The notes beneath the pieces are model-generated. The model saw nothing but the letters and a program-made list of their open reading frames with translations. It ran no database searches and had not been told where the DNA came from. DNA of 64,000 nucleotides from Balanoglossus misakiensis. Lineage: Eukaryota; Animalia; Hemichordata. The stretch covers positions 9,083,337-9,147,336 of the forward strand of contig CM082586.2 of the NCBI GenBank assembly GCA_040954595.2. The letters run 5' to 3'. Each line of letters opens with the position of its first letter. Position 1 is the stretch's first letter. A program made the translations under genes and the position numbers. Below are positions 12,063-24,523 of the stretch, piece by piece.

Positions 12063-14501
12063 TATTAGGGGCACAAGCCTATCGGGCTTGTGCCCCTATT
12101 GGTATTGTTGGAATTTTTCTTTATTATTACGGGCCCAAGCCAAGCCAGGCTTGGGCCCGTATTGGTTTCGTTGGGGTTTTTCTTTCTTTCTTTCTTTCTT
12201 TCTTTATTCTTGGTTCATTTCTTTCGCGCGCTAGATCTCAGACACCGCTGCAGGTACAGTTCTCAAACTTGCTACAGTGGTCAAGGTCAATGAGTAGATG
12301 TGCAGTGACTTGTGAATACTTAATTAGTCATGTGACATGGCGGCCATATTGGATTTTCTGAAAAAATGCAAATCTCAGATCTCAGAAACTACAAGTCAGA
12401 TCGACTTCAGATTTGGTGTGCTGGTAGAATACCCTCTGCCCATCATTTTTGTAATTGGATATTTTGCTGTCAATGTTGCAGTTTTTTTGCTACAGTTGTT
12501 TTTCTGAAATCTGGTCAAAATTTCAAAAATCTTCTTCTCCAGAACCGGCGATAACCGAGTCACACCGTTTGGGGTATGTGGTCACCTAACTGATGTCTAT
12601 CAAGTTTGCGAAGATCATTATGATTGGTCGAAGATTATGGCGGCCATATTGGATTTTCGAAAAACCATAGTAAAACTTCAAAAATCTTCTTCTCCAGAAC
12701 GGGCGATAACCGAGTCACAAGATTTGGTGTGTGTGGTCATTCAACAGATGTCTATCAAGTTTGCGAAGGGGAATGTGATTGGTCGAAGATTATGGCGGCC
12801 ATATTGGATTTTGTGAAAAACGATTAAAAAGTAAAAATTCCTTTTCTAGCCTAAACATTGATAGCACAGAAATTCTTTTTATGGATATGAATCATCATAT
12901 GACAAGAATAAGCTATAAATATTTTGGTAATTTTGGCAATGACCTTTGACCTACTTTTGACGAATCATTTTTCTGCATATCTAATTCCTGGCTAACCAAT
13001 GGGGCTATAAGTTTGGTTTTTGATGTATGTGGATTTGTATGTGATCAAAAAATTTTGCTACTTTTCATGACCCCTTTGACCTCTGGTGACCTCATTAAAT
13101 ATGCGCATACCTAATTAATGATGAACCAATAGACCTAGAGGTTTTGTTTTTGTTATACATGGACCAGTATGGGGTCAAAATATTTTGCCCAAATGTTGGG
13201 TGACCTCGCGTGACTTTTGACCTACTTAACACTATATTAGCATCAGATCAGATAATAGAGCTTGGGCCCGGACAATGCTGCTTGCAGCTTTAATTATTCT
13301 TCTTCTTCTTCCGAGAAATTCGGCCAGGTAGATCTGGAAAACCGCTGCACCTAGGGGGCTGAAACTTGGTAGGGTGATAGGGGCCAATGAGTAGACGTGC
13401 AGTGGCTCGTGAATATTTAATTAGTCACGTGACCTGGCGGCCATATTGGATTTCCCGAAAATCGTTAAACGAGTCCTTCTCAAAAACTACAGGGCCGATC
13501 GAGTTCAAATTTGGTGTGCAGGTAGCCTACCTTCTGTCCATCATTTTACACCATTGAAATCATGACGTCATACATAAAGTTTTTTTGCTACAATTGTTTT
13601 TCTGAAAAACTACTTAAAACTTTAAAAATCTTCTTCTCCAGAACCAGCGGTTACCGAGTCTTGGGATTTGGGATATGTGGTCACCTAACCTATGTCTATC
13701 AAGTTTGCGAAGCGCACTGTGATTGGTCGATCATTATGGCGGCCATGTTGGATTTTCGGAAAACCATTGAAAAATGAAAATTCTGTTTTGTAGCCAAAAT
13801 GTTGACAGCACGGAAATTCTTTTTTTGGATATGAGTCATCATATGACCGGAAGTTGTCACAATTTTTCGGGGCAATTTTCACATGACCTTTGACCCACTT
13901 TTAAAACAACTAATTATATATGCATATTCCCCATACCTCCTCTTGTAAAAGCACCACAGTCATGAATGTTGTGGACATTGGTACCAATGCTGCCAGGACA
14001 TGACACAAATATTTTGGTAATTTTGGCAATGACCTTTGACCTATTTCTGAAACATCATTTTTCTGCATATCTAATTCCATGCTACCTAATAGGGCTAGAG
14101 GTCTGGTATTGGTTTGACATGGCCCAGTCTGGGGTCAAAATTTTATGCCCTAATTTTGGGTGACCTTGGGTGACCTTTGATCTACTTTCCCATATCTCAG
14201 CATCCAGAGCAGTTAGAGCCCTGGCTTTTATGGGGATTGAGCACATAATGGAGTCTTACACAAGACCTCATTAATTATGTGCATACCTAATTGCAGGCGA
14301 ACCAATAGGGCTAGGGGTCTGGTTTTTTGTTGGATCTAGACTAGTATGGGGTCCAATTTTTTTGCCCAAATTTGGGGTGACCTCAGGTGACCTTTGACCT
14401 ACTTTCCCATATCTTGGAATCCCCAGCAGATACAGCCGTGGCATTTGCTGGTCACCATGGGAACCGCTTGTGCCCCGCCAACGCTGCTTGCAGCTTTAAT
14501 T
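12063..14501 (+). mobile_element. Non-autonomous Helentron-type element A (host of nested element B)
   Basis: 5' palindrome AGGGGCACAAGCC-tatcg-GGCTTGTGCCCCT (12067-12097), then a TTA/TTC microsatellite. 3' subterminal inverted repeat GCTTGTGCCCC (14466-14476) followed by stem-loop GCTGCTTGCAGC and TTTAATT. T-rich junctions, no TSD: the Helentron/DINE-1 architecture. Confidence 0.8.
12125..13295 (+). mobile_element. Non-autonomous Helentron-type element B nested in the 5' microsatellite of element A
   Basis: 5' palindrome TACGGGCCCAAGCC-aagcca-GGCTTGGGCCCGTA (12128-12161), (TTTC)n tract, ~155-bp internal tandem repeats (12525-12830), 3' GCTTGGGCCCG plus GCTGCTTGCAGCTTTAATT. Element A resumes afterwards with (TTC)n. 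Confidence 0.85.
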
Positions 14502-14716
14502 CTTATTGGTTCGGCCTTTAATGTACGCGACCCCGGCCGTTTCGTCCTAGCTGCAAACCGATTCTTCAATTTGCAGTTCAGTAAAGTTGGCGAACGGGAT
14601 AGTCTGTTAACGGAAAACGCAGGCCTATACACAGTGCTGGCGAACGGGACAAAAGGCCACAATAAAAGCGAGCGTGTTGTCAGATCAGTGGGACTATCAT
14701 AACACGAATACATAAC

Positions 14717-15228
14717 ATGTGGAAGGGCTAGGCCTAATTTTCTCCTGAGAAAGTTCAATTCGTGTTCTGTCGATGTGAAATTGCGTTTATTTAATGCTTT
14801 TTGTAATAACATTTATGACTTTCATTTATGGTGCGATTATAATATCCGGAATATCATCGTATGTCACAACAATGCACTTCGAAGACTTCTTGGTCACCCG
14901 GACACGAAAGTGCCTCTAAAATATTTGTTCTAAACGCCGTAAACTGCTTCTCCGTCATGAGAAGAAAAGTCGCTTTTAATTTTTCTGTTCGTCTCTGTAC
15001 TAGTCCCAATGTTTTGATCAATCGTCTTGTCTCATGAGATATGCGCTTTTATGGACTACATACCCACTGGATTGACATTTTACATTGATTCTTAAAACTA
15101 TTATATTTTTTACATTTATTTTATTTATTACTTTTCTAGTGTTTTTGTCAGTTTTTGTAACCTATTTCTATGGACGGTTGTGTCTGAAATAAAGATAAAT
15201 AATAATCATAATAATAATAACATAATAA
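14717..15228 (+). mobile_element. 5'-truncated, decayed non-LTR retrotransposon 3' end (RTEX-like ORF2 C-terminus)
   Basis: Translation with a frameshift and a stop: NFLLRKFNSCSVDVKLRLFNAFCNNIYDFHLWCDYN...HNNALRRLLGHP / SASKIFVLNAVNCFSVMRRKVAFNFSVRLCTSPNVLINRLVS*DMRFYGLHTHWIDILH* (stop 15086-15088). Then a T-rich 3' UTR, AATAAA and an (AAT)n tail. Matches my recollection of RTEX-clade post-RT sequence. Confidence 0.8.
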
Positions 15229-16729
15229 TTACGATCCCGAGATTACGATAAGCATAGGGACATTATAACGAGCCAACGTGAAACTGACATGGAAACGATC
15301 GACAGTACGGTAGAGCACAGTGACTGCTGGTAGAGCGAGCGTGTTGCTGTGCGGGAGGCATTTACCATGTTTGTTTACAACACACACCGACATGACCTGT
15401 GGCCGCAGTTGCAGCCTCCTAAGCGACCTAACCCAAGCAGTTTACGATCTCGGGTATCGTGGTCTGACTGACCAAAATGACACAGAAAGAGAAACACATT
15501 AGGAAGTATTATAGCTCTGTTTCCTCGAAGTCGAATAAGTGTTCACAACACAAGGCACATCAAACCCGTTGCTCAGACATCGGAAGTTTGCAGTTCGCTT
15601 GCCTGGTTTGAAATGCGTGGCTGTGGTAGAAATTACCCACTGTGCCCCCCCCCCCCCCGATTTTATTGTGTAGACAATGAGGCACTCACACTCAAAAAGC
15701 AAATGAGATATTCTTTCGAATGCGAGCATGTTCCAGAGCGTTCTAAAGAAATAAAATATGCAGCTGTAGCATGTATGCATATTCATTAGTGTGTCGTAAT
15801 GCTAACTTTGGTCTGTGATTGGGTAACACGTTCTACTCACCATAACAACAGGTGATCATTGATCCGTTTCCGGTGTGCGACGCCGGGTTTCGACCACTTT
15901 CCTTCTACTTGCCGCGGGATCAAGACGTCTTTTCGGTAGGCTCATAATCGAATCATTGCTTTTAGTACAATAGCCTATTTAGCTATGTTACCGTCACTCG
16001 ATTGTTTTGTCTGGTATTGGGTGACTTGCAGCTATCCGTACAACACCTTGTAGTTGAACAGAAGTTGGTTTAATTCCAGAAACAATTCCGAGCTACGGGC
16101 GTGCAGCTAGCCTCTCGGCTATTCTGGGTATGGCTGCGCTTGCTCCCGAATCAGGAGACCAGGAAGTCATAATCGAGAAAGTCTAGTCATATTTATAGGG
16201 TTATATTTTGTGAGAATTTTATTGCTAGGCCTCTTGCCTAAGCGCCCGTAGGGCCAGTTTGTGAGATTGAAAAGGATGGCAGCGCTGCAGGATGTTTAGT
16301 GTCAAAATAGTCGACCATACTGTCGAACGGTTGTGGCAAAATGGCACGTCACTATGGCGACATAAGGTACGGGTAGAACGTTTTTCTCTGGAAAGTCTCT
16401 TTGCTGGTGGACGGAACGATAGTTCCATACGTATAGTCTTTGTTTAGCGGAAGGTCAGGAAACCACGGTATTTTTCCATACATAATTCCATACGTTCTTT
16501 GAGGTTTTTATATGAGTCACCTCGGTGTTTGCAGGTGTTTTTTTTTTAATTTTACGGTTTAAACGTGGTTGGTGTATTTTCGCTTTTCTGGTGAGATTTC
16601 CACCTCTCCGTTGGCATACTTAAAAAATTATCCTAATTTTTATTGGGAAAACCGATAAAACCAAAACCACAACTAAAGAAAATGTCTTAAACATTTTAAC
16701 TTAGGCATTGTAATCTGTTTGGTGATAAC

Positions 16730-17320
16730 CCTTTTAGCTTTGAGAGATAACCGATTTGATGTTTTAGTATAAGCCAATTTTTTGACCAGGGCGACAAGGA
16801 TTTTTTCTCCTAGAGTCGTGTTGCTTGGAAGAATACTTTTGTATGTGTGGTCCCAGTTGATGAAAACCTGGTTGATGAAAAATGTGCATATTTATAATTT
16901 TGTAGCAATTTTTGCCATTTTTGGTCAAAAATTGTTTCCTCTAAAACCGCTTGTGAGATTGCTTTCAAATTTGGTAGGCTTGTTCCTTGGGGATAATTAA
17001 ATGAGATGTTTAAAAAAAATACTTGAAATTTACATATTTGCGTTTTGTGTGTGAAAGTTGTGGAATTTTTCATCAAAAATTATTTTCTTTCAAACTGCAT
17101 GTCAGATCGCCTTGAGCTTTGGTAGGCATGTTCCCTGAAGCGATTGAAGTAAGATATTATACAATTTTGGAGAAAATACTGATTTTTCTGAAACTGCATA
17201 TGGGATTGCTTTGAAATTTGATAGGAATATTCCAATGGGTAACCCAAGTTTTGTCTGATTGTGTTGATTACCCTATACTGAGACTCACTAAGTACACTAT
17301 ATGTTTATATTACTAGGGAG
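16730..17320 (+). mobile_element. Second degenerate copy of the 10.63-11.3 kb repeat family
   Basis: Three internal repeats of AAAC(C/T)GC.TGT.AGATTGCTTT.AAATTTGGTAGG..TGTTCC, and TTTTTGGTCAAAATT, shared with 10980-11200. Confidence 0.5.
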
Positions 17321-17748
17321 TTCAGAATCCAATATGGCCACCATTCAAAGTGGGACATGCTGTATAATCTGATTGATTTCTAAACTTGTCATATTTTAAT
17401 TTCTCGGTCTTGCAAATAAAAATAAAATGCCAAAAACTGAGTAACTTTTGTTTCTTCCCGCTTGTTAACGTCATATGTTGGTGTTGTCCATTTCAACGAT
17501 TATCATCTAAGCGTCCCGAAACACTGATAAGAACTCCAATATAATTAGCCAGAGTAAACTGAGATTTTTATGCTGAAGTCGGCATATGGTCTTTTTCCTC
17601 CTACTGGGAAAGTGGCTAGAGTCAATCAGTGCATAATGGCAGCATTACATGTCACTGAATAAATGGCAGGGGTATTTACATCTCTGTATTTTTTTCACTT
17701 AAAACATTATAAATCTCTAACAGTATATTATAGTATTGTGTATGCAAC

Positions 17749-19078
17749 TTGGAGATGCGTTTTACTTCAGAGTTGGAAGTATTTTTTAGTAAAGTCTGGG
17801 AAGTGACATGTCTTCAAAGTGATTGATGTTATCTGCTAAGAGCTGAATGCCCATGGGTGTTCTTTCCTAGATTTTACATTTTCTTAGCATTTCATAGACC
17901 TGTGTATAATTATAATTTCAGTTATATATTCTAATTTGAGTTTAGGAAGGGTATGCATGGAATTAAAGTAATTATTCTGTAATTACCCAACCAAATATGT
18001 TGTCTAACTAATGGATATTTTGATTGTCAATTTGCACAGGCAACATTATTGAAGTAGCATTAAGAGTAGTTGATAATATAGCAGAGCTTCTAACTGGAAA
18101 GAAGAGCTTAGTAAATTTATCAGCTCATAATATTCCTTTAACCAATGAACTTTATATGAACTTGCACACCTGCGTTAAAGATACAGGGATTAATGTTCAG
18201 GAAACCTTACCAGCTCTAGTACATTTATTTGAGCCAGAAATTGAATTACCAAAAAAAAATCAGTAATTTCATAAAGACACAGTCAGAAAAGAAACAGAGA
18301 AAGCCAGCAAGGAAGGGAGAAAAGTGGAATACATGAACGACACAGTTTGCTTAAAATACGTGTGTGTGCTGTAAAAACTGTATGGTGCAACGGCGTCAAT
18401 TTTTATGATTTATAAGCAGCCAGTCTTTCCATGCATATCATACCAAAATTTAATATGAAATTCTTGTTAATGTTAATAGTCTACAAGGATAGTACAGGTA
18501 ACATGTTGAAATTAAACTATCAAACTTTCTCCACTTTTGATATCCGCTCGACACAGGCAAGCAAAAGGGCCGATCTGAGACTATGACTTGAATGATGGCA
18601 ATTTTTGCTGTCCAGAAGTAACTGTATAGCATTTATTTGGTAGTAATATCAGCTTTATGATTGCTAAAAATACATCAGAATTTAAATATTTCCACTTACT
18701 ACAGTGATTGAACTGATTTTCAGCAAATTGCAGTGTATAAACAAATATTGCCATCTAATGAAATGTCAACCCAATTAAGGCCGCCTATTTGCAATGGTAA
18801 AATGCTAGGTTTACCATATTTGTGCGCCTGGGAATTTAAATTATAATCCAGATATCAAAAACTTAAGTCACTATCTGTATCTGCACATATATTGTAATAT
18901 AATCTGAAAATTTCGTGAAAATTAGATCAAACATGATCGAGACACAGAAGATCAAACATTGCAAATTTTCATATTTTACCATGGTGCCATGCAAAAAATA
19001 GAGAGATTTTTTTTACAAGTTTAGATGATCTCCTGTAAAACTGAAAGAAGTAATCTTCTGTGAATCTTGCATTTTTAT
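17749..19078 (+). repeat. Segment S copy 1 (~1.33 kb; keeps the native left flank)
   Basis: Near-identical to 19163-20926 and 24524-26466. The ORF track shows the same 80-aa frame at 18024, 19437 and 24798. Confidence 0.95.
18040..18374 (+). pseudogene. Exon-like coding remnant within segment S (also at ~19453 and ~24814)
   Basis: TTTGCACAG acceptor, then GNIIEVALRVVDNIAELLTGKKSLVNLSAHNIPLTNELYMNLHTCVKDTGINVQETLPALVHLFEPEIELPK. A stop follows an A-run of variable length, then HKDTVRKETEKASKEGRKVEYMNDTVCLKY. Protein-like composition; family not recognised. Confidence 0.4.
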
Positions 19079-19162
19079 GTTGGAACCATGCAAACCACTT
19101 TGGCCCCTGCAATGCAGCATGTTGCTTTAATTGTCTTCTTCATGGTTGCCATATTGGATTTT

Positions 19163-20926
19163 TTGGAGATGCGTTTCACTTCAGAGTTTGAAGTTTTTTT
19201 AGTAAAGTCTGGGAAGTGACATGTCTTCAAAGTGACTGATGTTATCTGCTAAGAGCTGAATGCCCATGGGTGTTCTTTCCTAGATTTTACATTTTCTTAG
19301 CATTTCATAGACCTGTTTATAATTATAATTTCAGTTATATATTCTAATTTGAGTTTAGGTAGAGTATGCATGGAATTAAAGTAATTATTCTGTAATTACC
19401 CAACCAAATATGTTGTCTAACTAATGGATATTTTGATTGTCAATTTGCACAGGCAACATTATTGAAGTAGCATTGAGAGTAGTTGATAATATAGCAGAGC
19501 TTCTAACTGGAAAGAAGAGCTTAGTAAATTTATCAGCTCATAATATTCCTTTAACCAATGAACTTTATATGAACTTGCACACCTGCGTTAAAGATACAGG
19601 GATTAATGTTCAGGAAACCTTACCAGCTCTAGTACATTTATTTGAGCCAGAAGTTGAATTACCAAAAAAAAATCAGTAATTTCATAAAGACACAGTCAGA
19701 AAAGAAATAGACAAAGCCAGCAAGGAAGGGAGAAAAGTGGAATACATGAAAGACACAGTGTGCTTAAAATACATGTGTGTGCAGTAAAAACTGTATGGTG
19801 CAACGGCGTCCATTTTCATGATTTATAGCCAGCCAGTCTTTCCATGCATATCATACCAAAATTTAATATGAAATTCTTGTTAATGTTAATAGTCTACAAG
19901 GATAGTACAGGTAACATGTAGAAATTAAACTATCCAACTTTCTCCACTTTTGATATCCACTCGACACAGGCAAGCAAAAGGGCCGATCTGAGACTTTGAC
20001 TTGAATGATGGCAATTTTTGCTGTTCAGAAGTAACTGTATAAAATGTTTTTGGTAGTAATATCAGCTTTATGATTGCTAAAATACACAAGACTTTAAATA
20101 TTTCCACTTACTACAGTGATTGAACTGATTTTCAGCAAATTGCAGTGTATAAAAAAATATTGCCATCTAATGAAATGTCAACCCAATATGGCCGCCCATT
20201 TGCAATGGTAAAATGCTAGGTTTACCATATTTGAGCGCCTGGGAATTTAAATTATAATCCAGATATCAAAAACTTAAGTCACTATCTGTATCTGCACATA
20301 TATTGTATTATAATATACCTCATGCTGATACTGTGCCGTGATTCGCCAGAATCCGTCACGTGATAGGAAAATAGAATCGACTATGAACCGTTAGGGAAAT
20401 AGCAGAAAAAATATAAACCGGTCACATGACAAACGTGGTCACGTCAATCAGCGTCGCGTCTGACACAATGGCCACCGCTGAAGATGTCGTCTGCCAACCT
20501 CAAGAGAAAATTGCATGATTTTCCAAAACTGTCAGCATGAGGTTTATTATAAAACACCTATAGCCTGGCCTATATTCGGGCCATAGCAGCCGTTTTTACC
20601 CCCACGTGGCTGTGAGTTACCAGAATCATACGCTATTTCCCTCGGCCTGCGGCCTCGGGAAATAGCATATGATTCTGGTAACTCACAACCCCTCCGGTGT
20701 AATAAACGGCCGCTATGGCCCTCATGGCCAGGCAATAGGTGTTCAATATAATCTGGAAATTTCGTGAAAATTAGATAAAACATGATTGAGACACGGAACA
20801 TCAAACATTGCAAATTTTCATATCTTACCATGGTGCCATGCAAAAAATAGAGAGATTTTTTTACAAGTTTAGATGATCTCCTGTAAAACTGAAAGAAGTA
20901 ATCTTCTGTGAATCTTGCATTTTTAT
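19163..20926 (+). repeat. Segment S copy 2 (with 438-bp insertion)
   Basis: Offset 1413 from copy 1; collinear except for the insert at 20307-20744. Confidence 0.95.
20307..20744. mobile_element. 438-bp double-hairpin insertion, Crypton-like non-autonomous element
   Basis: Absent from S copies 1 and 3 (empty site TATTGT^AATATAATCTG). Part 1 is bounded by IR ATAATATACCTCATGCTGA ... TCAGCATGAGGTTTATTAT. Part 2 (~20553-20743) is a long hairpin AACACCTAT.GCCTGGCC...GTGAGTTACCAGAATCATA...CTCGGCC-TGC-GGCCTCGG...TATGATTCTGGTAACTCAC...GGCCAGGC.ATAGGTGTT. No clean TSD. Confidence 0.7.
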
Positions 20927-22785
20927 GTTGGAACCATGTTAATTGCTTTGGTCCCTCAAATGCTGCTTTTAGTAAATGTTTTAATTGTCTTCTTCATGGC
21001 GGCCATATTGGATTTTCGGATAACCTTTAAAAGTTGACATTTTTTTCAAAAACTACAGGGCCAATCAAGTTCTAATTTACTGTGCAGTTCAATGTTTGAC
21101 AATAATATCATTAGTGGTCATGTGGCTTTGGATTTTTGAAAAAATATCATTAAAAAATTTCAAAAATCTATTTCTAATCAAGTTTTCAAGTAAATTGTGA
21201 TTGGGTAAACCTTATTGAAGCCAAATTGGATTTTCTGATCTCCAATAAAAGACTAAAATTTCCTATTTCTAGCCTGCTCATTGAAACCACACAAATTCTT
21301 TTTATGGATATGAGTCACCATATGACCAGAATATATCACAATTATTAGACTACTTTCACATGTTCTTTGATCAAGTTTTTACAGAACTTGATTAAACAAT
21401 GTGTTTGCGACTCTCGCATGTCCTTTGATCCAGTAATTCCAGAACTTATTTTATGTGGATATGCCTCTTGTTAAAAAGCACAACAGTCATAATTTTGTTC
21501 ACATGAGTACGACTGCTGCCAGGACATAACCCAAATCTTTTGATAATTTTGGCAATGACCTTTGCTGCCAGGACATAACCCAAATCTTTTGATAATTTTG
21601 GCAATGACCTTTGATCTACTATCCCATTACTTGGAATAAACAGCAAATACAGTCTTCAAATTTTTTTGGCTGGAACACCTAATGAAGTATTAAACTTTAA
21701 CATAATAATTATGTACATAAGCTATTTCAAGTGAACCAAAAGAGCTTAGAAGTCTGTTTTCTGTTGGACACAGCTCAGTTTGATATCAAAATTTGTTGGC
21801 CAAAATTTGCGTGACCTCTGGCTTACTTACCATTTCTCAGCATCCATAACAGATAAAGCCTTTGCTTTCTGTTGGAACCATGCTAACCGCTTTGGTCCCT
21901 CCAATGCTGCTTTTAGTTTTAATTGTCTTCTTCATGGCGGCCATATTGGATTTTCGTATAACCTTTAAAAATTGACATCTTATAAAACAACTACAAGGCA
22001 AATCAAGTTCTAATTTACTGTGCGGTTCAATGACAATAATAAAACTTGAATAAACAATTTGTTTGCGACTCTCGCATGTCCTTTGATCCAGTAATTCCAG
22101 AACTTATTTTATGTGGATATGCCCTTTGATCCAGTAATTCCAGAACTTATTTTATGTGGATATGCCTCTTGTTAAAAAGCACAACAGTCATGATTTTGTT
22201 CACATGAGTACTGCTGCTGCCAGGAAATAACCAAAATATTTTGCTAATTATGGCAATGACCTTTGATCTACTTTTCCATAAGTTGGCATGCACAGCAGAT
22301 ACAGTCTTCAAATTTGGAGGACTGAAACAACTAATGAAGTATTAAACTTTAACACAATAATTTTGTACATAAGCTATTTCAAGTAAACAAATGGAGCTTA
22401 CAAGTCTGGTTTTTGTTGGACACTGATCAGTTTAAGATCAAAAATTTGTGTCACAATTTTGCGTGACCTCTGGCTTACTTTACCATTTCTTGGCATCCAC
22501 AACAAAACAGCCTTTGCTTTCTGTTGGAACCATGCTAACCGCTTGGGCCTGTCCCATTTCTTCTTAATGGTGGCCATATTGGATATTCTGATAACCCTTA
22601 AAAATTGACATCTTTTCAACAACTACAAGGCAAATCAAGTTCTAATTTACTGTGCGGTTCAATGTTTGACAACAATATCATTAGTGGTCATGTCACTTTG
22701 GTTGCCATATTGGATTTTTGAAAAATCTCATGAAAAATTTCACAAATCTTTTTCTAATCAAGTTTTCAAGTAAATTGTGATTGGG

Positions 22786-23816
22786 CAGGGCTCGAAATTA
22801 AATATTTAATGTGGTGGTCAAGTGGACCACCACAAATAAAAATGTGGTGGTCCAAAACTAAATTTGGTGGTCACACCAATGAAACATGTAAGTCTACATG
22901 TACGCCTACGCGCGCTTGTATGCTGTAACAGGACGCACAGTGATGTACGTGCGGTAACCTAGGCCACAAACTTAGGACGTGTCGGCGCTATAATTTATGC
23001 ACGCAGAAGCCATTAGATATAACAAAGCAAGTAGGGCTTCTGGGTCATTTTCCTTGATGATATAACACACGAATTCGCTACCTTGTCTGTACTAATGCGT
23101 ATTGGGGGGGGGGGGGAACCACTTGCGACACGATCTCTTTCATGATGTTTATGTACTTTATTCGCTACATTGTAAATGATTTTTTTGTGTTGGGCCGTCT
23201 AGACATGAAGGGAGAACTCATTCAAGTCGATGTTTATGAAAGCCTGCTTGTCTATTGCTATTTTGTTGCACGTAATTCAAATACAATTTCACGCAATTTT
23301 ATTTGGCTCTTTGCGTGCACTGCACGTAAAACATAAAATATCAAACGCGACCCCATAAACCGCGACTCTGCATGTCAAAAGAACTCTATTGACATTACAG
23401 TTATTCCATTGACGGACTTGCGTTAGCATAATGTACATAGACCCTGGAGCATACACTGCGTTTCCAATGGTGATGCCCAATAGTATTGCTAAACGTCACA
23501 GTAGTTTCAAGGCTACCTGAAAATATAGTTCCATTGCTTACTTGTGTATGGGTTACATGAAACGGGTCTTTGTTCACGTATATGGTCATGCGGGTAGATA
23601 AGTGACAGCTGGGAGGAGCGTTAGGGATATTGCGGTCCTGAAATATACGGAAGTGAACTATCGCTAAATCATTCCTCTTACCGAACTATCTAAGCACTGA
23701 AGACGAACGAATTATAATTGGTGGTCCAAATGGACCACCAATTTTTCAAATGTGGTGGTCCAAAATGAAAATGTGGTGGTCTTTGGATGCAAGACCACCG
23801 TTAATTTCGAGCCCTG
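22786..23816. mobile_element. 1031-bp non-autonomous hAT-like element with 5-bp TSD (hAT5-like)
   Basis: Perfect 16-bp TIR CAGGGCTCGAAATTAA ... TTAATTTCGAGCCCTG. TTGGG duplicated at 22781-22785 and 23817-23821. Empty site GTGATTGGGTAAACC present in sister units (~21197, ~27316). Subterminal GTGGTGGTC/GACCACC repeats. Confidence 0.9.
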
Positions 23817-24523
23817 TTGGGTAAACCTTATTGAGCCAAATTGGATTTTCTGATCTCTGATAAAAGACTAATATTTCCTATTTCTAGCCTGCTCATTGAA
23901 ACCACACAAATTCTTTTTATGGATATGAGTCACCATATGACCAGAATATATCACAATTATTAGACTACTTTCACATGTTCTTTGATCAAGTTTTTACAGA
24001 ACTTGATTTAAACAATTTATTTGCGACTCTCGCTTGTCCTTTGATCCAGTTATTCCAGAACTTATTTTATGTGGATATGCCTCTTGTTAAAAAGCACAGC
24101 AGTCATGATTTTGTTCACACGAGTACTACTGCTGCCAGGACAAAACCCAAATCTTTTGATAATTTTGGCAATGACCTTTGATCTACTATCCCATGCCTTG
24201 GAATGTACAGCAGATACAGCCTTCAAATTTGGTGGACTGGAACACCTAATGAAGTATTAAACTTTAACACAATAATTATGTACATAAGCTATTTCAAGTT
24301 AACCAATAGAGCTTAGAAGTCTGGTTTTTTGTTGGACACTGATCAGTTTGATATCAAATTTTGTTAGCACAATTTTGCATGACCTCTGGCTTACTTTACC
24401 ATTTCTTGGCATCCACAACAGAAACAGTCTTTGCTTTCTTTTGGAACCATGCTTACCACTTTGGTCCCTCCAATGCAGCATGTTGCTTTAATTGTCTTCT
24501 TCATGGTTGCCATATTGGATTTT

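Noticed and set aside
11310-12066. CpG-rich segment with weak end similarity (ATTAGGTCAATAAC ... GTTACGGCACTTATT) as a discrete transposon, and its short ORFs
   Set aside because: The terminal match is too weak, there is no TSD or second copy in the window, and the ORFs show no recognisable motifs.
16107-16190. Small TAG…CTA-ended inverted repeat (Academ-like MITE)
   Set aside because: Arms are short and imperfect, with no TSD.
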